Position numbers and translations under genes: made by a program. Positions 34,053 to 64,000 of a stretch of DNA of 64,000 bases are shown here, in pieces; the stretch's first letter is position 1; every line of letters starts with the position of its first letter. Below the pieces are notes generated by a model, which made no database searches, was not told where the DNA came from, and saw nothing but the letters and a program-made list of their open reading frames with translations. This stretch comes from Amoebidium appalachense (taxonomy: Eukaryota; Protista; Ichthyosporea): the NCBI GenBank assembly GCA_963693365.1, contig CAVNZM010000006.1, positions 3,224,001-3,288,000 on the forward strand, read 5' to 3'.

Positions 34053-35298
34053 AACAAAAAAAAACAAAAAAAACTGCAAGTTCGGAACAGAGACGGGAAA
34101 GGGGTCCCAACGGAACGAAGGTATTCTCGAGGAGCAAAAAAGAAAAGAAGAAGAAGAAGAAGAAGAAGAAGGATAGCAAAAAATTAATGCAAAGCAGTTG
34201 TCAGGGTGGAGAATTCTGGGTGCTACACTTTACCCGGGGGGGAGGGGGGGGGGGGGGGGGGGGAGGGGAGGTGCTTTATGTGGATCTAGGAAAAGGAGAA
34301 TAGACATGTTGCAAACAGTAAAACCATAGCCAAGCGATGGTCGATGGCGTCAAAGTGCGAACATACACGCACAAGGTATGGGGTACCTACGCGTCATGTT
34401 GCTTCTGCAGCCCATCGAGCACTTCCTTCTGATGTTTCGTCGCCTCTTTTGCGCGCTTCAACTCATCCTCTAGGGCCTTAATCTTCCCCTTCATATTGTC
34501 CCTCTCCTGTTGGGCTAGCCCTTTATCCCTTTGCAAAGTTGCTACCCGTTTATCTAGTTGCTCTACTGTAGCTGCCTTATGTACCCCCGTGGGTCCGGTT
34601 AAATCTTCCGTTTTCGTGGGTGTTTCAGCTCGACTAACAGGTTTTGTGCTTCTTTCTTTATCTACTTGTGATGTGCTGGTTGGTGTTAGGGGTGTGTTGG
34701 TTGTTGGTAATATTGATGGCTGTGTGTTGCTCGGTAAAGAAAAATCGACATCTAGTAGACTTTCGGTGTCACCCTTAGGTGGTGGGGTGCGCATTGAAGC
34801 AATTGATTTCTGGTTCTCTCGCCTATTTACTGCCGTTGGCTGATAGGCCGGGGAGGCTAGATCCAACCCCTTCCCCGCCGCGCCCCCTCTATCACCAGAC
34901 ACTTTTCTGACTGCCGCTGTTGCATCATTCGACATGGACCACTTTCGCGGCACACCCGCCGCATCACTCCCCTTGCTCGTTGTAACCCCGGCTGCCCCTG
35001 TGATCGTGTGAGGACGGGCAGATGGGGTTGCGGGTGTACTTGTGGGTGCAGAGTTGGTAACAGGAGAGTATGCTCCTGAGCTACTAGGTGAGCTGCTGTT
35101 CATGTTGTTTACTATAGCCTGTAATTGGGGAAAACTACTAGCGCCTGAGGGCGGCCCTGGGGTGGCCGAAGTAAACCCTCCAAAGTCATCGTCGTCTTCA
35201 TCCACAGTGGCGGGGGGAGCGGGTTTGGGGTTGGTGGGGGCGGTCGGTTCGGTGGATTTGGGCGAGCCACCTGTTAGTGAAGAGAGCCAGCTGGACAT
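26532..35298 (-). CDS. CCDC91: CCDC91 (p56, GGA-binding partner)-like coiled-coil protein (~645 aa)
   Basis: Minus-strand exons 35298-34391, 32826-32729, 32256-32051, 31194-31108, 30571-30460, 29630-29535, 28880-28768, 27799-27641, 26690-26532 (1938 nt, phases consistent). The DDDDDFGGF ear-binding motif and [17 protein letters not shown] resemble metazoan CCDC91 (MDDDDFGGF; LRKAGHEALSIIVDEYK, from memory). Long heptad-rich C-terminal half. Confidence 0.7.
27382..27528 (-). mobile_element. Short dispersed element, family A
   Basis: Reverse-complement copy of 16195-16337, flanked on both sides by poly-G. Confidence 0.75.
29295..29532. repeat. ~40-45 bp minisatellite
   Basis: Repeated AAACACCCACCCAGTTTCCACCATTTCAATCACAAACAC units. 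Confidence 0.8.
32828..33183. repeat. Degenerate ~35-bp minisatellite with TGCATGCA cores
   Basis: Recurrent GTGCATGCA(T/C)TTCAAAATACGTAATGAAAT units just upstream of a CCDC91 acceptor. Confidence 0.7.
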
Positions 35299-36071
35299 AT
35301 TTAAAAAATTAACTCCTCCTTAGTTTGTGTTTATATTCGCCCAAACATGCACGTTTGCATGCTTTACGAAGGTGTGCCACTTTTCTTTCTGGCACGTACT
35401 GACGGTGCCTGGGCTGCTATGAACTTGCCGTTCGTTTCTTTACACTCTCGCGACCGCGTGCATGCTTTCTCTCGCGGCGGCTCTACGGTCCCGAGAGTCT
35501 AGTGTTCGCCTTGTGTGTAAGGAAAATTACGAGTCACCTCAGTAGGTCACAGCTTGCCTTTGGACAGGCAGCGAAAGAGTAAGTCATCAGTAGCGGCAAT
35601 ATCTAGAAGCTTTAAAATGAGCCTAAACACTTAATCAAATATAAAGCCACCAATTACGATATTGAATCTTATTTTAAAATGCTATCTCCTATTCATGGTC
35701 ATACACAGTTACATTCGAAAAAATGGCGGGCGTTGATAAGCCAGCACAGCATCATGTTGGCTGCGTTGTGCGCGTACAAACGATCGCTCCCTCCCCTCTT
35801 CCAAACACGAGTTTCTTGGTTTCAACCTCAGAGGGAAAGGGAAATTGAGGGTTTTTTGATAAGGCTAGGCTGAAGGATCGAGGGCAGAAAGGCGTTGAAA
35901 GAGGCACGGTTATTCTTCGTTTTTTCCCCCTTAAGAAGCGAGTAGGAGGTCGGGCTAGGACGTGTTTACCCCCAAATAGGAAAGGGGGAGAGAGGAAAGG
36001 CTTTTTTATTTGCATCTTGAATATAAACAACCACCGTAGGAAGACTGCGCTACTCAGCCACAGACGCAAAA
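35299..36071. promoter_or_regulatory. Likely bidirectional promoter/5' UTR region between the CCDC91-like and septin genes
   Basis: Divergent start codons at 35298 (-) and 36072 (+). The 773-bp interval has none of the homopolymer/microsatellite tracts that fill the introns. Confidence 0.5.
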
Positions 36072-45640
<9,569 letters not shown>

Positions 45641-46490
45641 GTGAAAGTTGGTGGGTGTGACATAAAATGTAGATATATTTATAATAGCTTGTGGTATGTG
45701 TGTGTCTGATATCATAGTGGATAGAGAAGGCAATTGTGATATTTCAAATTGGCAGCTGTCATGGCGGCTGTTTTTTGGTGCTGTGTTGTGTCGGTAATGT
45801 ATGACTTTTTAAGCAGTTAAGCACTGTGAACTCGTATGTCTGATAGTCTGGGAGGTGGTGTAGATCAATCTGATAGTGCATGCACATTGTAGTGGTGGCG
45901 ATTTCAATACACATTAGTCTTGCAGTTCATGACGAGTTCAAGATTGCCTTCTAAGTTTGTTTGCTCATGCAAAAACATAAAAAAAAATGTGCCGGTCACG
46001 AACGACAATGCAGAATACATAAGGTCACGTGCATGTACAGTGCACAGTGCAGTGACACAAAACGGGGGGGGGGGGAGGGTCCACGCACAGCGCGCTTAGA
46101 ACGAACCTCATACACTGTCTCTTCAGGTATCATGAACAAGAAATGGGCCACATGGATATGTAAATATACAGATACAGCTGTCATTGAAATGAACCAATAT
46201 GATAATCCTCATCTCCTGCATGGCCATAACCAAGGGCGGGAATTGCGAAGTGGAAGACTCTGAGCTCGGGGAAGAACAGAGGCCTAGGAGCCGCTGGGTG
46301 CGCAGAAAATATTGATGCTACCATAAATGATAGGGTGTGACTAAAAATAGAAAGATAAAATAGAATTTCGAGACGGCCTAGCGGGATGAATCGATCGATC
46401 GTTCGGGGAAAAAAATGTCAATTTTTTTTTTTTTTTTTGTCCTTGGGCCGTATATATTTGCGCATTATTGAGTTTGATTACTTCAGTGGC

Positions 46491-46850
46491 CATGGGCCGT
46501 CACGCCTATGCGGCGTGAGTACCACCCATGAGCCGTCACGCCTATGCGGTGTGAGTCCCATGGCTGGAGGTCTGTGGGCCGTCACGCCTATGCGGCGTGA
46601 GTCCCACCAATGGGCTGACACGTCTACGCGCGTGTGTCCCATCGTCTACGCGCGTATGTCCCATGGCGTATGCTGGAGGTCTGTGGGTCGTCACGCCTAT
46701 GCGGCGTGAGTCCATGGGCTGACACGTCTACGCGCGTGTGTCCATGGCGAACAATTCTTTTTCCCGATGGCGAACAGGCTTTTTTACCCCGAGGGAGATC
46801 TGAGCGAACAACCTTTCAAGCGAACAGGCTTTTTCACCCCGAGCCGGAGA
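46491..46850. repeat. Intergenic array of short hairpin repeats
   Basis: TCACGCCTATGCGGCGTGAG x4 (46500, 46536, 46582, 46691), GACACGTCTACGCGCGTGTGTCC x2-3, then GCGAACA repeats. Confidence 0.8.
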
Positions 46851-47746
46851 TCCAGTCGGCTCGGCTCACCAAGTAATAGTGATGGGTGATGCCGTATTTT
46901 TCAAGAACGATTCGATGCTCAAAACACACCTGGACATATATATAGTATGAAGCTGGGAAACAGTTCGACACACATGCACACCTGGAGATGTAGTGCAACT
47001 ACAAAGACCAGGGGAGATTCGATGCTCACTGAAAACATGAGGGGATCCCTCGCGACATCTAGACATCTAGACATGTTTTTTAATTTGCGGGCTAAAGAAG
47101 ACATGTCCACTTGTAGAGTTCTTTGCCAAGTTGGTGTGCCCGACAAAAGATCAGGCTAGAAACAGCTAATATCCGAAAAGAGGTAAAGGACACCCCTATT
47201 GCAACGCAAACATGTGGGACACAAAAAAAGGATCCACCGGCGGTGTTAGCCAAAAAGTCAGCCCCTCAGAATACGCATACGGCCTGTTGTTTTGATGTTT
47301 CGTGTGATGATGTCATTTCTGCCAGAGGCTATGTAGCATGCACGGACTTGCCACTGTGCCACAGGTTTGGAAGTTCAACCCTGGAAGTGGCGACTGAACC
47401 GTGTGATACGATAAGATGATTGGAGAGAAGGTGAAAAAAGCGAACGATATATGGACCAAATCGCACTGGTGCGCTATGACCAGATATGATTAGATAAAGA
47501 TCATGCACATTTGTAACCGGTTATGTAAACAAAAAGTATAACTGAACGGACTCGTCGGACCAGACAGCCATAGTGAAGTAAAACATGCAGATAACTTGCC
47601 ATTCTGTGTATATAGCATGTAACGGGCATTCACCTACCCTTCCTACGTACGCGTGTACATCAGACACCACTATTGCCGTGAACGTGGCCTAGGTCACGGG
47701 CAGTGTTCTGATGACCAGGGAAGCACTAAAACTTCAACCAGAAGCC

Positions 47747-56267
<8,521 letters not shown>

Positions 56268-56405
56268 ACGGTGCCTCAATAGATGAACCTATTTTTGGAA
56301 CGGGATTTGGATGAGCTGTTATACACCGACTTCTTTCTTACAGCTACTTTTTGAGGTAGTTCTCGTTTTTTGATTTTTAATGTTTTATTGTTAAATCTAA
56401 TTTTG

Positions 56406-56460
<55 letters not shown>

Positions 56461-57113
56461 ACTACTGGCAGTTGGGACGTGCCAGAAGTTCTTGCTTTCC
56501 GTCAAAATGTAGCCTTTTTTTTTTCCTTTTTTTTTTTTTTTTGCTTGTCCCTTCCCCTTTCCGAGTTCGATTAGGCTTTAAAAAGTACAACTCGGTTGGG
56601 TTTTCGGGTAACTGATCATTCATGTATGAGTAGTGCTACCCCTAGCTAGTGGGCTGCCTGTTCCGACCAAATTGATGTACATACGGATATTTCTAAAGAA
56701 AACATATTCACCAAAAAAGCAAATCAATTTGCATAGCCAAAACGATCAATTAATATTCAAGGACGTAAGACCCGGGTGTATTCGCCATTGCAATGCCTAT
56801 GTCGTATTGTTTTTTTTAAAAACGCACACATGTGTTATGGTTACGCAGTATACGCCAGCGGGGCAATATCAAACTCGGTGTACAGCTGCAGTATATCAGC
56901 TTCCGTTTTCGATTTGTGTGTGACACGTGTGAGCACATAATATTTCTTTCGTTTAAATTTGTGTAAATTTTCATTAAGCATGAGGTTCTGCAGTTTAATA
57001 ATTTGGACCTAATATAATTCTGTAGTAGTATGACGTGTGTGTCCCCGTGCACTAAGGGCCGGGGCCGGGATAATTCAGATTCTGAAGTGACTAGTGGTCC
57101 ATTCGCGTGTTCA

Positions 57114-57171
<58 letters not shown>

Positions 57172-57407
57172 GGGGGGGGCTTATTCGAAAATCAGAACGG
57201 ACCGGCGGGAAAGAAAAGCACTAGTACTGGGGAAGTACTTCCTGGGCCACATCATGGGTCAAAAATGCATGAAAAATAATTTTCTTTCTGAATTTTCTTC
57301 CCCCCTCCCCCCACCCCCTCCTCCCCCCACCCCACCCACCCACACACCCTCCTCCCCCCGGCGCCCCTGTCCCCCCCTCCCCCCACCCCCTTAACCTCCC
57401 ACCCCCT

Positions 57408-57438
<31 letters not shown>

Positions 57439-58134
57439 TCCCCCCCCCCCCCTCCCTCCCTCCCCCTCTCTCTCCCACCACCAGTGTGTGTGTGATTATG
57501 CTACGTGTACGCGTGCGCTTCCGCATGTGCATTGGGTGGGCATGCGGTGGTAGTGTGGTGATGTATATGTATGTTAGTTTTAAAATTGGGAGGGGAAGAC
57601 TTCATGGTACACAGCGTACGACGGAGCCTATTCACAACAAACAACAAAGTATGCAGTGTCTACGTAGATCCCATCGAGTGGGCGGGAGGAGGGGGAGGGG
57701 GGTTTGTTTAAAATGCTTTAGAGAGCTAAGTACACACGATCGCGATGGAAAACAATGCAGATTTCCCGAAACACACACAGAGTATGCATCATAGGTAGAG
57801 CCCATCCTCAGGGGGCCAAATTCAAAGTCATTGGCAATAGCTTAACCAGCCGCTGCGGCGGCGCCCCGGGTGTTTAGGGGGGGGGGGGGGGGGCACGTTA
57901 CTCTGATAAAATTCTTTAATATTGAGGGCACCCAGTACCCGAATAGGTTTATTTTTATTTCAGCCACAGTCAAGCACGGGACACCCCCTTGCCCCCACCT
58001 GCAAATAAACAATAGTCAGCAAATGCACACAATACGACCAAAAAGGAAGAAAGGAAGGTACAAACCGGGAACCTTTTTTGGAGATAAAAGGGGGGGGGGG
58101 GGGGGGGGGAGGGGGGGGGGGGGGGGGGGGGAGG

Positions 58135-58284
58135 TTTGAATGCGGAACACGGTACGAAGTACGCATACACGATAAGAAGCATGGTGCAGGACACATGCAA
58201 AGGCAAACATTCAAATATGCAACATCAGCCATGCGCACAGTATGCGCCATAAACAGAGCCCATCCTCAGGGAGGGCCCAAGTCA
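58135..58284 (-). mobile_element. Short dispersed element, family B (longest copy)
   Basis: Reverse-complement copy flanked by poly-G on both sides. Confidence 0.75.
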
Positions 58285-58777
58285 GGGAGGGGGGGGGGGG
58301 GGGGGGGGGATTGATCTTTCTTCTAAGAAAGCATGTGTGCTAGAATGCATGCATGTGTCTGAGTGGGCATGGAATAAATTAGAAAAACACAGGTGCATGG
58401 ATGGATAGAGCAGGAGAACCAAGAGAGACGATCAGAAAGAAAACCCTTTCTCACAAAGACAGATAATGATTTGATGTAATCTTTGCACAACCACAAAAGA
58501 AAGAATAATGCACATATGATGCAGTGCTATGCGTCATAGAGGAGCAGCGGCAGGCGAACATCGACAAAAAAAAAGAGAGTGCAAGGTTTTTGTGTGTGTG
58601 TGTGTGTGTATGTGTGTGTGCGCGTGTGCGTGTGTGTTCGCGTGCACGTGCATTGGAAAATGTGTGCATGCACGTGCATGTGTATGCATGATTGGTGTGC
58701 CTTTGTGTGGATGAGGGTCGAACAGATTTTGGAGTGAAGTGTATGTCCAGGGTGTGTGTGCAGTGTGTGTGCATGAA

Positions 58778-58841
<64 letters not shown>

Positions 58842-59457
58842 TGTAGGTGTAGGTGTACGGGTGCATGTATGCCTCGATGTGTGCATGTGCCTGTGCATGT
58901 GCTATCATGCAATGCATCCATGCACGTATGTGCCGATGTGTGCGACAGTACATACATGTACGTGCCAACGCTGTAAGGTGCATGTGGAAAACCAGAGAAA
59001 ATCAAGGACAAGTGGCCCGACTCAAAAAGAGGTTCTATACATACAGTGATTCCCCCTCACCCCCCACCCACCCACCCACCCACCCACCCCTTCCCCCCCA
59101 AAAACACACACACACACACACACAACGGTAGCCAAACACCCCACTATAGCCATGGGGAGTACAGAGCGATTAAAACATGCATGGTTGTGTTTGTGTGGCT
59201 GGAATAAAGGTGTTGTAAGGATGACCTGGGTGAATAGGAGGTGCGGTGGACAAGGGGGGGGGGGGGGGGGGGGTGGGTATATGGCTAGATACGACAAGGC
59301 CTATGTGTAGATCTAGGCGGTTGCATGTTCAGTATCTCCATGAGGGGGGGCGAGGGAGAAGGTGGTGGTGGTTTTTGGAAGGAAGGGAGGAAGGTGGGGG
59401 AGGGAGGAGGAGGAAGGAGGGGGCGGGGAGGGTGTGTATGTATGGTGTACCTCTTTC

Positions 59458-60370
59458 TCAGTGGCCGCTGTTCCTCTTGCTCAGAAGTGTCTCGGCAGCA
59501 AAGATGGTTGCAGCCAGCACAAAGCCAATGCCCATCCCGGGGAACACCTGCACCGGCACGTGTGAGCCTGTGTGCATTTACATCCGTGGTTGTGGCACTT
59601 ACCACTGTGTTTTGCCTACACTAGTGGCACGTGGAATAGCACAAAGGGACTATGTGAGATCGTGTGTGTGCTTGGCTGTGTGTAATCCTCAACTGTGTCC
59701 ACGTACGTGTGTTTCTTAAGAGTGTGCAAGATGTGAGATGGGAGGTGTGGGTGTGTCGAAAACCATCTTATACGTACGAGCATGGATTCTAGAATTTAAC
59801 GTGTTCATTTCTCATCGCACTTGTCTGGGAGCTGAGCCCGAGTGAGTGTCTCCGGGCATATAAACATGGGCATGATTGCATGCATGTGGGTGTTGTGTGC
59901 ACAGTAAGTGCGTGCACGAATACGTGCATCTGCGCATTTGTGTATTTGTGAGTGTGTGCGCAAGCAAATGTGTGAAAATGTGTGTGAACATGCGCAAAGG
60001 TGCACGTGTGTGTGCTTTGATGTCTATTTACACCTACCTCTATGTTTGTGTGTAATAGCGTGCGCCTATATGTGTGTATTATTTGTGTCTGTCTCCGTGC
60101 GTGTATTCTGCGTGTGTGTGTGTGTGTGTCTGCATGCCCTTGTGTGTGCATGTGTGTGTGTGCGTGTGTGCACGCACGTCAAGGTGCATGGACGTGTATA
60201 TGCCTGTGCACACGCCAGCGCATGGTTGGGTTGGGTGGGCAGTGCCTGGAGTGTGTGTGCATCCCCATCAGCAAGCGCACCTTCTTCATGTTGGTGGCTA
60301 TGCTGAACTCGGGGTTGATCCGCCAGGCGTTAACCTTGGCCCAGGGGTCGTGTCTCGCCGGACTGGCCAT
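59458..60370 (-). CDS. NDUFB3: Complex I accessory subunit NDUFB3/B12-like (59 aa)
   Basis: Exons 60370-60281 and 59547-59458 give MASPARHDPWAKVNAWRINPEFSIATNMKK-VFPGMGIGFVLAATIFAAETLLSKRNSGH*. DPW...AWR plus FPG.G and one TM helix are the B12 signature. An acceptor just upstream of the ATG implies a 5' UTR intron or a further upstream exon. Confidence 0.8.
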
Positions 60371-61492
60371 CTTGTCTGCATGGGCCCAGGCACCAGGAGT
60401 GATTAGTGTTTGTGTATAATGTGTTTGCAGGCTAAAAAAACTGGCAAATCCTCTGTGATTTTCCAACGAAATAGTGACTGCGAGTCTCCCGTGTCAGAAC
60501 GCTGCTAACACCATGTGTCAGCAAGCATAGAAGTATGGTAGTGGTCAGTCTGTAAATTGTGTGTGAAATTGCTGGCAACATCACATATTCCCCTGTGAAA
60601 CTCCATACATAAAGCACTGTTCTGAGACTGAAACACTGTGGGTCAGCTCAGGCCTACAACTCGAGCTGCTCCACTGTGACTCTATGCTAGTTGGCGCCTT
60701 GGCGACCATCTGACAAGATGGGAAAAAATATCACCAAGTAGATTCGCCATGTTTCGCCCTGTCCTTCGACATCCACCCCTCCCCGACAAGCGTTTAATCG
60801 TTCTCCACGTTCCACCTGCAGACGTGCTAGGACACCGCACGAAATGGTTCCCTCTACACTCATCATCACCCAGGCTCGACCCTTTTAAAGCATGCACCAT
60901 CATCGCACTGTCTCCATTCTCTTTTGATTCCCTCTCTCAACACACACACACACACCTGTGCGCGTCACAAGAAGTATACCAATTAACCCGGTTCTTTTTG
61001 TCACAACCCAGCCCAACTCAAACTCCACAGAAGCAGAAGTGAACGCGGTGCAGCCAGCAGCCTGCGCCGGCGGCGGCTGCGAGCCAGCAGCACAAAGTGG
61101 GCCGGGCTGACCCGATCAACATGACCCGGAAAATAAAGTGTGAACCGAAAAGCTGCCATCAGATTAGCTATTTATGGATAGACATGTTCGTTTTTGGCTG
61201 GCCTTAAACGAAACCTCGGGAGTATCTGCCTCTTGAAGTGTGTAAACCCTTGAAGGCCCTCTTCCAACTTGAACAAATTTGTCTACCCCTCTAAACTAAA
61301 CTCTCTTATTCTCTCTGTTTTTGAGCTTCGTTGCATGCTACCACGCTGCGCAGTACAGTGTGTGGTGTACCCTACCTATTCCAAAGTTGAAGATCTGCGT
61401 GTGTTACACTTGTAACTCTCCTCACTGTGCAAGGTGGCACGCATGTGAGCTACGTTTTCTTTTCCCCCCTTTCTCTAGATCTTGGTGAAAAG

Positions 61493-62080
61493 ATGGCAGG
61501 GACAATAAGCAACGCGGCCGTGGTAGAAGCTGTGAGTGAGCTGGAGAGTGGCAAGAAGTTGGAGCGGGACAAGGGCATAGACACCCTCACACAGCAACTG
61601 GGCCAGCTTACGGGTAGGTGGATCCAGGAAACATGGATGCTTTTCCTTATCTGTATATGCTGTCTGTACTTTTAAAGGGCTGGAAACTGGCGATCCAAAG
61701 ATCTCATCGCCAAGTGTGTGCACACGGGTCTCGTCTTCGTGACTCCGTCGCCTTTCACTCTTTCTCTTCCCTACAATAACCTCTAGCCCTTAACTGCTGC
61801 ACTTGATCTCTCTCTCTGTCTCCCCCCCCCCCCCCCCCCCCCCCTTTCTCCGGCCACTTGGGCTATGACCACGCATTCACCACCCCCAGAGAAGCAACCC
61901 TACAAACAGCTCGCCTGCAACCCCCCCTCACACCCCCCTCCTCCCCCTCCTTCCTTGTGCTGCCCCCTCCCTGCTCATGCCGTCCACCCTACCTTTTTCC
62001 CGCTTTCTGCTTCTCTGTCTACTTCTTTTTTTGGGAGGGAGGGGGGGAGGGGGGAGGGAAAGGGGGGCGGAGTGGGGAGG

Positions 62081-62111
<31 letters not shown>

Positions 62112-62251
62112 GGGGAGGGGGAGGGGGAGGGGATGGATGGGGTTGGGGGTGTTTTGGCCTTCCTGCGTCCGACGCCAAGAGATATTAACCTTCTTCGTCT
62201 CCTCTCGGTCGCGTACCTCTAATCAACCATCCACACACACGTGCACAAACA

Positions 62252-62302
<51 letters not shown>

Positions 62303-62345
62303 ACACACGCACACACACAAACTCCCCCCCCCCCCTTCACCCCTC

Positions 62346-62376
<31 letters not shown>

Positions 62377-62987
62377 ACACACAGCCGAGGATGTTGCATG
62401 TCTGGAGGCAGTTCTTCTTTCCAAACTCACAGAGGAAAGGTGGCAGAGTCGCCATGGGGGTTTATTGGGGTGCCAGGCAATACTCCTCACTAAAGGTGAG
62501 AATTTAAGCATACACGTGAAAACCTATCATTGAAAGGGGTGTTTCTTGAGTGTCTTGTGAGTAGAGGAGGAAAAAGAAAAGGGAAAGGAAACGAAAGAAA
62601 AAGGAAAGCACGCGAGGAAGGGGGGGGAGGGGGGGGGGGGGGAGGTGGGGGTGGGGGGGGGGGGGAGGGGGGGAGAAGGGAAAAAAAGCCGTACGCAAAA
62701 AGCATTCTTTTTCTACACATAGCGTACCAAGGTGTCTGCTTGTTTTTCCAACCAAAATATCTGATCCACAAACTGGAGCCGGCCTGGTTTTAAGGTGAAA
62801 TGTAAGGTTGAAAATTTTGTGATACCCTCCCAATCTGGACCGTGTGGTGATACTTTTTTCCTTTTTTGTCTTTTTTTTGTATGTGCAGGGACGCAGGTGT
62901 CCATGTCGCAGAATTTCCAGGACCAACTACTTGCACGGTCACTGGTACTGCTGGATGACAGGGAGGCAAGGGTCAGGCTGGCTGCAG
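61493..62987 (+). CDS. HEAT/ARM-repeat protein, 5' exons only (continues beyond window)
   Basis: Exons 61493-61613, 62385-62495, 62889-62987 join in phase. HEAT-like segments EERWQSRHGGLLGCQAIL and LVLLDDREARVRLAA. Confidence 0.7.
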
Positions 62988-63875
62988 GTGTGTGGGTGTT
63001 GCTGCTAATGTATTGTTGTTATTATTGGTATTACGATTCTTATTAATGTTTTTATCATCACAAGTGAAAGCGCCTTTTTATTTTTATGTTTGTTTAGCTT
63101 AAATTCTATTTCTTAATTGTGTGTCTTTTTATTTTACTCAACGGGTTTGTAACCGATTTTGGTGTGGTGGTGATGCCAATTGCTGCTGCTGTTGCAAATA
63201 CTTGATTAAAATTTTCATTTCCTTTTTTTTAATATATAAATTTCTAAATAGTTTCTTATTGGAAGTGGGGTGGTTGTGGTGTAAAATGTGGTGCCTTGTG
63301 CTTTTATGTATGTTCTGAATGCATGAGTGCAGGTTGAATGCCTATATGTTCCAATGTGAGTAAGCGGGAAGGATGGCAAGATGTGTTGACTTAAATTGCC
63401 AGTACCTGGTCATTTTCAGCTAATATCACATGTTATCAAAAGGCTAGGTTACCGTTTTAATCATTCTATCATACACATGATGGGGATGTAATTTGACCCC
63501 GTCTTGTTACTTCAAGCATATTTACACAATGTTTTGCATGTCTACCTAGGCTCTTTCTTGTTACCCTGAATATTTGCATATTTTCTAGCTTTACCTGTTA
63601 GTAGTATACATGTTTTGTAAATCCGGTTCTGTCTCTATACATTATATACCTCCACGCTTTCTAACTTTAACCCCACGTAAGCACCAACTATTAAAGACAC
63701 AAGGGAGATCCAAGCACTAACCAATAAAGACACAGGGGAGATCCTAGGGACACTGTGCCGAGTGGGTGGGGGAGCTGCCTTATATGGAAGGTCGATCGAG
63801 GGCCACCTATTGGATCGCGTCAGGCACACACTCAAGAGAGATGCAAAGCTGCTGATCCAGGTTCGGCTGTGGATA

Positions 63876-63926
<51 letters not shown>

Positions 63927-64000
63927 CCTTCCTTTTTTAGCCTTCCTTTATCATTATTTATTATGATTATTGTTCCTGTATTTATTCTTATTTGTGAATG

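Noticed and set aside
46491-46746. CRISPR-like repeat array
   Set aside because: Intervening sequences are short, irregular and themselves repeated; eukaryotic context and no cas genes.

Overview
Intron-rich eukaryotic DNA, not prokaryotic. Gene content suggests an opisthokont, most plausibly a unicellular holozoan (inference only). Nearly all ORF-track entries are artefacts of poly-C/poly-G and (CA)n/(TG)n tracts. Manual splicing gives seven genes: the 3' part of an M16-family metallopeptidase-like gene (+, 24 exons in the window, including one AT-AC intron), a glutamine-synthetase/lengsin-like ligase (+), a CCDC91/p56-like coiled-coil protein (-), a septin with an N-terminal EF-hand-like lobe (+), di-N-acetylchitobiase (+), NDUFB3 (-) and the start of a HEAT-repeat protein (+). 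Introns carry MITEs, minisatellites and a set of short dispersed elements. These share a CCCTGA(T/G)GATGGGCTCT head, mostly end in a poly-C tract, and one copy is a fold-back palindrome. The best candidates for novelty are this poly-C/G-associated element system, the EF-hand-septin fusion, the AT-AC intron and the (CA)n-AG acceptor architecture.
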